NCBI GenBank assembly: GCA_043228905.1 | Contig: JBHGNT010000012.1 | Span: 4,960,001-5,024,000, forward strand | DNA from: Azolla caroliniana | Lineage: Eukaryota > Plantae > Polypodiophyta | Reading direction: 5' to 3' | DNA: 64,000 nt | In this document: positions 12,575-24,334 of the stretch, in pieces | How positions within the stretch are numbered: the first letter of the stretch is position 1 | Layout: each line of letters begins with the position of its first letter | Made by a program: the position numbers and the translations under genes | The notes under the pieces: generated by a model | Databases searched by the model: none | Told to the model about the DNA's origin: nothing | What the model saw: only the letters and a program-made list of their open reading frames with translations

Positions 12575-14362
12575 AAAAGAGAAGACATATTTGTAAATAT
12601 GTTTGAGTAAGCCTATTGAGGCTATATTTGTAAATAGCCCTAAGTTCATATAAGTATAAATATGACTTAGGGCAATCACTTTATAGAGTTGTCATATTGT
12701 TGTATGTGCATAATTGTTGTATATATATAGAGAGAGATACAGAGCGATACTCTGTTGTAACCGCCTCTTGGCGAAGATACAGAGCTCGAGGTCGTTGCCT
12801 CTAATTATTTAGTTGTACCTTCTTATATAGTGATAGTTTGGAGTCCGTGGGCTCCCGTCATTTTTCCCTATTAGGGTTTTCCACGTAAACATCCTATGTA
12901 CTCTCTATTGTTCGTGTGTGTACATGCATTCTCCCCCCATTTCCCATTCCTGTGTTTGATTCTTATTGAAGTGATTCAAGACTCGGTTGTGGCCAAGCAA
13001 TATTCCGCACTATTTCCTACAATCTGGTATCAGAGAGAACAACACAGGAAATGGAAGAATCGTTTGGTGGCATGTTCTAGCTCACTAGCTCCAACTACTC
13101 AGTGTGGAAATCGAAGATGAGGGATATGCTGGTGGTTAAAGATCTTTGGTTGTCGATCCAGTTCGGGGACAAGAGATTGGATAAGATCGACGCCGCATTC
13201 TGGGAGGTGATGCACATGAAGATGACGGCATATATCTGGTGCTTCATCGACATGAGCCTGTACAACAATTTCAATGAAGAAATTAAGGCTCATGAACTCT
13301 GGGAGAAGATCGGCATCATGTTCCAGAACAAGAATGTTGTTAATCGGGTTTCGGTATTCCGGAAGCTAGTGAGGCTCCGGTACTAGGATGGCTCCAGTAT
13401 GGCGAAGCACATGAATGTCTTCTAGGGACTGATAAACCAGGCAACCTCGTTGGAAGTACGTCTCGTGGATGAGGTACTCGCATTGCTCTTGCTTAGTTCC
13501 CTCCCGAATAGCTGGGAGACGTTAGTTGTCACGTTGGGCAACACCGAGCCGGAAGGCAGTTGTCCCTAGCAAAGGTAAAATCAAGCTTTCTAGATGAAGA
13601 AGCTCGCCAAAAGGAACGGGAGTCCGGAACCGATCCGAAGGCCTTGGTTACGGAAGATGACCACAACTGGGGAAGAGGCTAGTATCGGAGTCCCCAAAAC
13701 TAGGACAAATCGGGGACGAGGTCGAAGTTAAGGGGGATGCCTACTTGGTTCTACTGTGGGAAGTCGGGGCACTTCCAGAAGAACTATCAGCATTTCCGGA
13801 AAGAGAAAGAAACTAGTACTACCGATTCGAAGAAGAGTTCATACCGGAGAGGCCTGGATTGGAAGGGAACGTCAACAATCACATTAAGTGAAGAAGAACT
13901 TATGCTCATTACTGAGGAGAATAAGTTAAACCTTGTCGGCGACGAGACAACGTGGGTTGTCGATTCCAGAGCGTCGTTCCACCTGACACCGGACCGGAGG
14001 TGCTTCTCATCCTACAAGCCGGAGATCACGGTTGTGTCCGGATGGGGAATGAAGATATATGTCGAATTGTTGGCATAGGAGATGTGTTGTTGACGACATC
14101 AACCAGATGCAAATTGCTACTGAAGGATGTCCGACACGTTCCGGAGGTTCGGTTGAACCTGATATCAGTCGGTCGATTAGATGATGAAGACTACACGGGT
14201 AGCATCCGGAACGGAGTCATGAAATTCAGCAAAGGAAGCTTGATTGTGGCTCAAGCCTAGAAGACCAACACGTTGTATCTGATGCATGCCTGAATATGCC
14301 GGGAAGAAGTGAATGTTGCTGGTGAGTTGTGGCACAAGAGTTTGTGTCACATGAGTCATAAG

Positions 14363-17300
14363 TGTTAAGAAAACGTGAAGAAGGCACTCGGGCTCTTCTT
14401 ATGTGCGCGGCGGATCGTAGTGTGCTGGATCGTTAGCGTGCTCTAAACAGACAGAAAAAGGAAAGGGGACTTACCTCTGTAGTAGCAAAATGGTTTTCTT
14501 CTATTACATGTAGAGCTCAACTTGCTCTCGTCAGTCTTCTGGTCTCTCACTCTCTCTCAGAGTTCTCTCCTCACTATTCTCTGTTTTTTTCTTACTACTT
14601 CTTCCTATTCACTCTCACTTACTTTTACCTAAGTCATAAGTTATTACACATGCAGCTAATTAGCTGCCAGTAGCTAATTAGCTGTCAGTCGCTAAATAGC
14701 TGTTCACTAGCTAATTAGCTGTCACTAGCTAAATAGTTGTTTTACCTTTTTGTTCACTAGTAGCTAAATAGCTACTATAGCTTATTTCTCATAAGCATCA
14801 CATACCATGTTGAGCTTGCTTCTCAACACTCCCCCTCAAGCTCAACTTATTCTTGCTTGAGGTTCTCTTCAATCTTCTTTTCCATTTTGCTTTTTAGCCA
14901 TCTCATCAATGTTTACAACTCCCATCATGTTCCGAAACTGTGTATGTTTTTCCACACTCAATCCCTTCGTAAGGATATCAGCAACCTGCTGATTTGTATT
15001 CACATACACCAGATCAACTTCACCTTCCATCACTTTTTCTCTAACAAAGTGATAATGCACCTCAATGTGCTTTGTTCTTGCATGGAACACTGGGTTCTTT
15101 GCAAGCTGAATGCTGCTCATATTGTCACACCAGATTGTGACAACACCATCTATATATACTCCCAGATCAGCAAGCAGTCTTCTGATCCATACTTCTTCAC
15201 ATGTGGCTATTGCAGCCCCTCTATACTCAGCTTCTGTACTGGACAATGCAACAGTAGCCTGTTTCTTGCTACTCCATGAAATTCCTGCACTTCCCAAGGT
15301 AAACATGTATCCACTTGTGGATCTCCTGTCTGTTTGGCTTCCAGCCCAATCAGCATCTCAGAATCCTTCTGATGCAGTCCAAATGTGGCTTTGTTGGCTG
15401 TTGCATAAACTGGCTGACTAATCCAACAGCATAGCTCAAATCAGGTCTTGTTATAGTCAAATAAATAAGGCTGCCCACCATAGACCTGTACATGTTTACA
15501 TCTTCTATCTTGGCTCCCAAATCAGCCCTCAACTTGCAGTTTTTATCAAGTGGTACAGCAATAGGTTTGCATCCAAGCATACCATACTTTTTCAACATAG
15601 TTGTTGCATACTGTTTTTGCAACATACATATACCACTTTCAGATCTGATGATTTCAATACCAAGAAAATATCTCAGATCTCCCAAATCTTTCATATGAAA
15701 CTGCATTTCCAGATTTTTTTTCAACTTTCTTATTTCATCCACGGAATCTCCTCCAATAATCAAATCATCTACATAAATCAGAATAATAACAATGCAATCA
15801 TTTTCACTTTTTACATACAAAGAAGGATCAGCTTTTGACATTTTGAAACCAAGATTTTTCAGAGAATCTGAAAGTTCTCTGTGCCATGCTCTTGGTGCCT
15901 GTTTCAGTCCATAGAGAGCTTTTTTCAGCTTACATACATAATCAGGTTGTTTCTTATCTTCAAAACCTGGTGGTTGACTCATATACACTTCTTCTTCCAA
16001 GTTACCATGTAAAAAAGCATTTTTTACATCCATGTGATGCAAAATCCATTTTCTGGCTGCTCCTACAGCAAGTAGTGTTCTCAGGGTTGCCATCTTTGCA
16101 ACCGGTGCAAAAGTCTCATCATAATCAATCCCTTGCATCTGAGCATATCCTTTTGCAACCAATCTTGCTTTATGTCTACTTACATTTCCATTGGAGTCAT
16201 GCTTTGTCTTGTAGACCCATTTGCAGCCTACCACATTTTTCTCTTTTGGTAACTTCACTAAATCCCACGTTTTGTTCTCAGCCAATGCATCAATCTCTTC
16301 TTGCATTGCATCCATCCATTTCTTCTCAGATTTTGCTTCTTCAAAGCTGTTTGGGTCAGGGATCTGTACCACCTTAGACATATATGCATAGTGCATAGCC
16401 ATATATGTATCATACCCAAATCTTTCCACAGTCTTTTTCTCTCTATCTGATCTTCTCAGTTTCTGATTTGCATTCTTTATTTCCTTTTCCATACCAGGGA
16501 TTTTCATTTCCTGTATTCCAAGGAAATCATCCAAAGACATATCTGAATCTTCATCTTCCATGTTTTTTGATAGGTCATCTGAGATTTCATACTCTGGCAT
16601 TTTCTGTTTTCCTTTTTTGTCATCAGATTTTTTCTGTCCAGTTTTTCCACTCCATGAATTTGAATCAGATTTACCATCTGAGCTTTTTGATGGTCCAGAA
16701 CATTCTGTTGATGTTGGACTTTGCTGTCCAACCTTGTCTCCATCTCTGTGACAGTCTTCTACATTTTCTGATCTGTCTTTGTCTTCATTTTGACAGTCTT
16801 CATCAGTCTCTAGATTCTGTTTTGGGCTGTACCAACTAGCCAACTCATCAAATATCACATCTCGACTTGTCACAATCTTTTTAGTCACAGGGTTATAACA
16901 TCTGTACCCTTTTTGTTCTTCTGAATATCCAACAAAGATACATTTTTCTGCTTTTGGATCCAACTTACTTCTTACTTCTGCAGGCACATGTACATATGCA
17001 AGGCATCCAAACACTTTCAAGTGTTGTAAGCTAGGCTTCCTGCCATAAAAACACTCTTCAGGAGTTGCCTCATGTACTCCTGATGTAATACATCTATTTA
17101 AAATGTAGTTTGCTGTATTTACAGCTTCTGCCCAATAGTATAATGGCATGTTCTTCTCAGTCATCATTGCCCTTGCTATGTTCACCAAAGTTCTATTTTT
17201 CCTCTCAGCAACTCCATTTTGCTGTGGAGTATATCGGCATGTGAACTGTCTTCTTATTCCCTGATTACACAAAAAATCAGAAAATTCATTGGAGAAATAC

Positions 17301-19710
17301 TCTCCTCCTCCATCAGATCTCAAACATTTTATCCTTGTACCAGCCTGCTTTTCTACCATGCATTTAAACTTACGAAAACAGTCAAATACTTCACTTTTCT
17401 CCTTCATGAAGTACACCCATGTCTTCCGTGAACAATCATCAATAAATGTAACATAAAATCTGCATCCACCAATAGATGCATTCTTTGTTGGTCCCCATAC
17501 ATCTGTATGTACCAAATCCAACAGATTTTTGCTTACATGTCTCTCATGAGGGAATGGCAACCTGTTTTGCTTACCATATTGACATGCTTCACATACTTTT
17601 CCCATTTCACACTTTTTCAAGTTTGGCAGTCCAGCCACTGCATCTTTTCTCAACATATTCTTTAATGTTTGCATACTTATATGGCCAATCCTTTTATGCC
17701 ACATTTCCACATCTGAGATTACACTCGTTCCATTTGCAAACATGGCTGAAATCTGTTTGGGCATTTCTACATCCAAGATAAACATTCTTCCTTGTCTCTT
17801 CCCTTTTGCAATGAGCTTCCCATTCTTTTCTATATAGCATCCACTTTGCTTAAACTTCACTTGCATACCTTGCTCTACAATCTGTCCAACAGAAATCAGA
17901 TTCTTAGCAAAGTTTGGAACATGCATCACATTCAACATATACTTGGTTTTTCCTCTTTCTTCCCACAATGGGATATCTCCAACATGTTTTATTTGGTGAG
18001 TTGTGTCATCACCTGTTTGTACATAACCAGGAACCTCTGGTTCTCTTAAACTCTCAAACCAATTTGCATGTCCAGTCATATGGTTAGATGCCCCCGAGTC
18101 TACATACCACGTAAACTCTTCATTACATTTCTGTGAGCTTTCAGCCACTGCTGCTATCTCATGTTGCACTACAAAACCACCTTCCTTTTCACAATCTTCA
18201 CTAGTAGAGGCATAGTTACTCTGTTGTCCTTTTCCTCTTTTCTCATCATTTTGTTTCTTGTAACATTCAGCCTGTGTATGGCCTGGTTTACCACAATACC
18301 AGCAGCCATCATCATTTACATAAGTTTTCTTACCTCTACTTCGGTTGCTCCCCCTGCCTCTGTTGTTGTTTCCTCCTCTATGAGCTTGTTGTCCTCTTCC
18401 TTGAAAGCCATTATTATTGGTTCTTCCTGAGCCAAATCTTCCATGGCCTCTTCCTCGGCCTCTTCCGGCATTATTATATAGGGCTTGCCCCTCATTCTCA
18501 AGATTTCCTTTATTTGCATCATCCATCTGATTCCTTTCCTCTACCACAAGCATTGAGACCAGATCTGAAAACTTGGGATACTATCCCTTGTGAGCATAGA
18601 AGTTTTAAAACTCTTGTATTGAGGTCCTAAGCCTCTTAAGCATATTTCCACTTTGTCATCATCTTCTATCTTCACATTGATAGAAGCAAGTGATTCACAT
18701 ATGCTCTTTATTTTTAAGGCATACTCATTTATTGACATCTTACCTTTTTCTAAGGTATTTAGCTCAGTCTTCAACTGTAGCTTTCTAGCTTTTGTGTTTA
18801 CTGCAAACAGTTTTACCAAACTGTCCCAAGCTTCTTTTGGGAGCATAGCATCTTGTATATGCCCAAGCATTGAATCTGAGATGCTGAGTGATAGCCAATG
18901 CATTACTTTCCTTGCCCCTTGATTCCAATCTTTAAATGCCTTAATATGTGCAGCTGTTGCATTCTCTTCTGGGATCTTTGGAGCCTCTTCTAGGTCTCCT
19001 TCAATGTAATCCCAGTATCCTTTCCCCATCAGAAAGTTTGTCATTCTGAATTTCCACGCCGGGAAATTGTTTTTATCTAATTTCTCTGTGACCATTTGGC
19101 CTACATTCTCTGCAGCCATTTTTTTCTTCCAAAAAACCAAGGTTTTGCTTTAGTTACTTCAACAAGTAACTTTCTGATTTCTGATCAGCAACCAGAGAAA
19201 TAACTTTCTCAGATTAAGGCACTGCTATACTCTTCCTTACGAGCTACTCTGCTCTGATACCATGTTAAGAAAACGTGAAGAAGGCACTCGGGCTCTTCTT
19301 ATGTGCGCGGCGGATCGTAGTGTGCTGGATCGTTAGCGTGCTCTAAACAGACAGAAAAAGGAAAGGGGACTTACCTCTGTAGTAGCAAAATGGTTTTCTT
19401 CTATTACATGTAGAGCTCAACTTGCTCTCGTCAGTCTTCTGGTCTCTCACTCTCTCTCAGAGTTCTCTCCTCACTATTCTCTGTTTTTTTCTTACTACTT
19501 CTTCCTATTCACTCTCACTTACTTTTACCTAAGTCATAAGTTATTACACATGCAGCTAATTAGCTGTCAGTCGCTAAATAGCTGTTCACTAGCTAATTAG
19601 CTGTCACTAGCTAAATAGTTGTTTTACCTTTTTGTTCACTAGTAGCTAAATAGCTACTATAGCTTATTTCTCATAAGCATCACATACCATGTTGAGCTTG
19701 CTTCTCAACA
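14363..19710 (-). mobile_element. Young Ty1/Copia LTR retrotransposon B, nested in Copia A
   Basis: The LTRs at 14363-14828 and 19263-19710 are identical by eye except for one 18-bp indel. The 5-bp TSD ATAAG is perfect. The tRNA-iMet PBS is at 19251-19262 and the PPT agggggag is at 14829-14836. Confidence 0.97.
14869..19119 (-). pseudogene. Copia B gag-pol polyprotein (gag, CCHC, PR, IN, RT, RNase H) split by two lesions
   Basis: The ORFs are 18541-19140, 15350-18553 and 14869-15306. Motifs include CWYCGKPGHTQAEC, WYVDSGASNH, HTDVWGP, LRSDGGGEY, YVDDL and ALSSTEAEY. There is a 1-nt frameshift near 18570 and a deletion at the RT/RNase H linker near 15355. Confidence 0.93.
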
Positions 19711-22166
19711 ATAAGGGGATGAGAAGACTTGCCGAAGACAACCTCATTCCCGAGGTGAAAGACGTGCATCTTGAGAAGTGCACCGATGGCTTGGCCGGCA
19801 AGAAAAACCGAACCTCTTTCCAGTCAAGACCACCGATGAGACGGAATGCACCACTAGAGCTGGTGCATACTTATGTGTGTCAAGTGGACACGAAGTCACA
19901 TGCAAGATCACAGTACTTCGTGACCCTCATAGATGACCACAACCGGAAGTTGTGGGTCTCACCGTTGAAGATGAAGGATCGAGTGTTATCTGTCTTCAAG
20001 GAGCTCCACGTGAGAGTGGAAAGAGAAACCAGCTAGAAGTTGAAGGCGGTTCAAGCGGACAACAGAGGAGAATACCGGGGGAAGTTCGAGGAGTGTTGCC
20101 GGTCAAAGGGAATCCAACTCGAATTTACCGTGCCGAAGACGTCGGAACTAAACGGATTGGCGAAAGGATGAATCGGACCATAATGGAGAGAGTTCGGAGC
20201 ATGCTTGCACATGTCAAGTTACCCAAGAAGTTTTGGGCTGAGGCACTGATGACGGCGACCTATGTGATAAACAGATCACGCTTAGCACCCTTGGAAGGAG
20301 ACTCATTGCAGAAAGTATGGACCGATAAAGATGTATCTTACCGGCATCTAAAGGTGTTCGGATTTCTCGCCTATGTGCATGTTGCAAAGGACAAGAGAGC
20401 AAAACTGGATCCGAAGTCCAGGCCATGCATATTCCTTGGATACGATGATGATAAGTTTGGTTACCGGGTGTGGGATGCGGATACCAGCCGGTCTACATCC
20501 GGATATGTCATGACTTATGTAGGGGAAGTTGTATCATGGCAGTCGAGGCTGCAAAAGTCCGTTGCACTGTCGACAACGGAAGTGGAGTACATGGCAGCTG
20601 TGGAAGCCGGCAAGGAGATAATCTGGATGAATCGGAGAGCTAGGGATCCGGTAAGAGGAAATCCGACTCTACTGCGATAGTCAAAGTGCCATCCACCTTG
20701 CGAAGAATACGACCTACCATTCCTAGACCAAGCACATCCGTAGGAGATATCACTAGCTCCAGGAGAAGGTAGAAGATCAAGATTTCATGTTGATGAAGAT
20801 CCACATGAAGGAGAACGGATCGGATATGTTGACCAAGGTGCTTGCAACCAAAAAACTGGACGCATGCCGAAAGCGGATCGGGCTGACGAGCCATCCCATG
20901 CCGGAGTGAAGGGGGAGATTGTTGGGAATTCGGTCCCTCCGAATGGGATCCGGTTATTAATGAAGAGGACCCGACGAGATCCGGAAGAGATCCGGAAACC
21001 GGATTGGATGGACTCGGTGAGAACTGGAAGAGAAGACATATTTGTAAATATGTTTGATTAAGCCTATTGAGGCTATATTTGTAAATAGCCCTAAGTTCAT
21101 ATAAATATAAATATGACTTAGGGCAATCACTTTATAGAGTTGTCATATTGTTGTATGTGCATAACTGTTGTATATATATACAGAGCGATACTCTGTTGTA
21201 ACCGCCTCTTGGCGAAGATACAGAGCTCGAGGTCGTTGCCTTCGAGTCTCTGGTTGTACCTTCTTATATAGTGATAGTTTGGAGTCTGTGGGCTCCTGTG
21301 GTTTTTCCCTATTAGGGTTTTCCACGTAAACATCCTGTGTACTCTCTATTGTTCATGTGTGTATGTGCGTTGTCGTGAAGAAAACCGTCCATAGGCGGAA
21401 TCGGCGCACCAAGGCGTGGGAACCGGTTCTTCACGCGCGCACGCTCCAAGTTGTACATAAAAGCGAATTAGGAGGATAATCGGCAGGAACGGGCCCTAAC
21501 ACAAGTGGAGACAAAGACCGCGCGAACAGTCTTTTCGGTCGCGTGCGCGAGCTAAGGAACTGTACGAGTCGGCGGCGTAACTACGCGGATGCGTGAAGAA
21601 CGGAGCGGATCCCTGTCAAAAAGGGACAGGGAATAAAGCTGACAGGACGGCCTGCTCGTCGGCCTATATAAGGAGCAGGAAAGAGCTGTTGCAGGCATCT
21701 CGCGCAGAGAGGACGAAGTGCTGTCGGACCGTTTCTGGACGCTCCTCTCTCTGTTTCCTTCCTTCTTGAGCTCCATAGCTTTTCTGTGCAGGGTTCTGAG
21801 GAGGCTCGCGCTGTTTCGAGGAACGCCCGAGTGCTTCCGGCAGCACCTCCGACCTGCTACCCCTTTGTGCGTCGAAGCGAACAAGCATCGGCATCTGTTC
21901 GTCGGCCTGTTCGGTTGTAGCCAACCTGTGCCCCATCGAGGGTTGTAGTCGTGTTAGCCATTTTGTTAATATACATATTTAGTCATTCGCATCTGTCTGT
22001 GTCGGTGTCTGTCCGCGTTCTCCGTGCTGAAGGGCCGTGTCCCTGTGTATCCCCGGTCCTGCGTAGCCGGTTCTCTCTCTTTCTCCTCCCTCGCTTGCTC
22101 TTTGGTTCGAGACCCCCGCGGTCCCGCCTCGTTTCCACACGCACTTGCGTAATATCTCGACATCTT

Positions 22167-22184
22167 TGGTGAACCCGACGTGAA
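22167..22184 (+). other. Primer binding site complementary to the 3' end of tRNA-Trp(CCA)
   Basis: TGGTGAACCCGACGTGAA is the reverse complement of TTCACGTCGGGTTCACCA, the 3' end of plant cytosolic tRNA-Trp as I recall it. Confidence 0.8.
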
Positions 22185-22222
22185 GGAGGCGGCAGAAGAG
22201 CAGAAGATGAGGGGGTCGGATC

Positions 22223-24334
22223 TTGCAGAGGCCATGGCTTTCGGCCGTGGATCGGATTGTAAACGCGCGCGAGGGCACCGGTGCCCTCGACAGAGCCATT
22301 CAGGCGGTCGTCGGCACGATCGGCCGGTTCGATGGGAAGGATGCCACGAAGTATTTGGCGTCCTACGGTGCAGAGATGCTGATGCGGGACATTCCGGAAG
22401 AAAGGCGTCTTGCCGGATTTCCCCGAGTGGCGATGCCGAGCATCCATGCGGAGGTGCTCGAGGTGCGGGCGGAGAGCCGTACCTGGGAGGAGTTCGAAGG
22501 TCGGCTCCTAGAGAAATACGGGCTGGACGACGCGCTCCGGCTTTCGAAGCGAAGGTTCATGGAATGGGTGGAGTCCCCGGGGAAGGGAAGAAACGCGTCG
22601 GCACTCCTCCGGGAGTTCGAGGAAAACTTTGCGCGCCTTTCGGCGCTCGACCGAACCATCCTGGACACAAGTCGGGTCTTGCTGTTTGTCAAGTCGGTCG
22701 ACGAGCGGGATCGGGAGCAAGTGGGCCTCTTGCTGGAAACCGAAGACGGGCTCACTACCGACTGGGCGGCTGTCAAGAAAGTCTGTGGCCGTTTCGACAA
22801 ACGGCGAGAATGGGCGGATAACGGGGCAACCGGGTCGGGCTCGGTCGCAGCAAGGAAGCTCGAACCAGCGCCACAGGTGCAAAAGGAAGAGACCCGAGAG
22901 TGGTTGGAAACCGGTTCGGCTTCGACCGGCGTAGTCAGAGGCTCAACCGGAGGAGCGGCGCTGGAGGAATTGACGAGGGCGATAAAGGACCTCCAAATCG
23001 CGCAAGCCCGAAGGGAAGGTGGCGAACCGGCTCGTGACCGACGGCCGGCAGCAGGAAACAGGTGCATGTGGTGCGATGAAGTCGGCCACATTCGGAAGGA
23101 CTGCGGCGACTTCGCGGAGGCGCTGAGGAACAAGGTGGTGTACCTGTGGGAAGGACGGGTGCATGCCAGCGACACCTGAAGGGCCCTGAGCCGAAACGAC
23201 GGGCGAGGTGGTATGAAAAGGTTGATGGAAGAGGCGGCGGCCCGACACGCGGAAACCGTCGACTACTCGGCGTCGGCCGGCATTCGAGTCGGGGGCGGCG
23301 AGGCCCGAAGGGAAAGCAAAGCCGGATTCTGGCCGACGATGCTGGAAGGCCTTGCCGGTGCAAGGCTTAAAAGGGAGGAATCGGACAGTGCGGAGAAACG
23401 GGTACGGGAGATGACCGGGTGGAGCGACCCGGTCGAGGAAAAGACGGGCTTCGTGGAAGCCGCTTGCCAGAACTACGAGGCTCTGGTAGAAGAGAAGCGG
23501 GTGGGGAAAACCGGGACGACCGGGCCCTCACAACGATACGAGACCCGGTCCGGGCCACGACGGGACGAAGCCGGCGGGGCCGGTACGCAAGATAAACCCC
23601 AGAAGGGCGGGTACCGTCTGGGGACGGAGATAGAAAGGACCACGGACTTACGAAAGGTCCTGGAGGAACGGATCCTCGACAGCAAGGTGGAGCTGTCGTT
23701 ACGAGAGGTGCTGGGAATCGCCAAGAAGGAGTTCCACGACTCCATCGTGGACTTGGTGAAACGGAAGAGGCTGTCAACGGAGACAGAACCGGAAAGACCG
23801 GTGGAAGTGCGGACGACGCACCTAGACGACATGGCGCTGGGAGACGAGTGGGCGGAAAGCCACTATTCGAGACCACACTGGGCCCGAGCGACCACGGAAA
23901 CCCCGGTGAAGATCGGCGATGTCCAGGAACCGGTGATAGCTTTGGTGGACCACGGATCGGAGATCAATTTGATGTCCATGGACTTCTATAAGAAGGGCAA
24001 ATGGCCGATCAACACCAAGCACGGGTGGAAAATAAGGGCAGCAACGCGCGCCACCGAGGAACTGCACGGGGCCTGTCCGAATGTGCGAGTCAAGATCGGC
24101 GACGTCGAGATTGACCAGCACTTCTTCGTGCAGGAGACGTCTTCGCATCCGGTCATACTGGGAGAGCCGTACATCACGGCGGCGCGAATGGAGACCAAGG
24201 TGCTGGACAATGGTTCGGCCTACGCGAGGGTCAAAAGCCAAGACGGGCGCCATTCGGTCCAGTTTCTGACGGTACGGCCGAACCACGAACGTAACCGCGA
24301 CTCCCTCGGTTCCGAAAACCGAGAGGATTTTTAG
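22223..24334 (+). CDS. Gypsy ORF1: Gag (CCHC knuckle) plus aspartic protease; one in-frame TGA at 23177-23179
   Basis: ORFs 22223-23179 and 23213-24334 are in the same frame. Motifs are CMWCDEVGHIRKDC and ALVDHGSEINLM...VILGEPY. The natural start codon appears to be frameshifted near 22235. Confidence 0.85.

Noticed and set aside
18555-18580. Programmed frameshift in Copia B gag
   Set aside because: It falls mid-gag in a T run with no canonical heptamer, and Copia elements normally have a single ORF. A 1-nt deletion or sequencing error is more likely.
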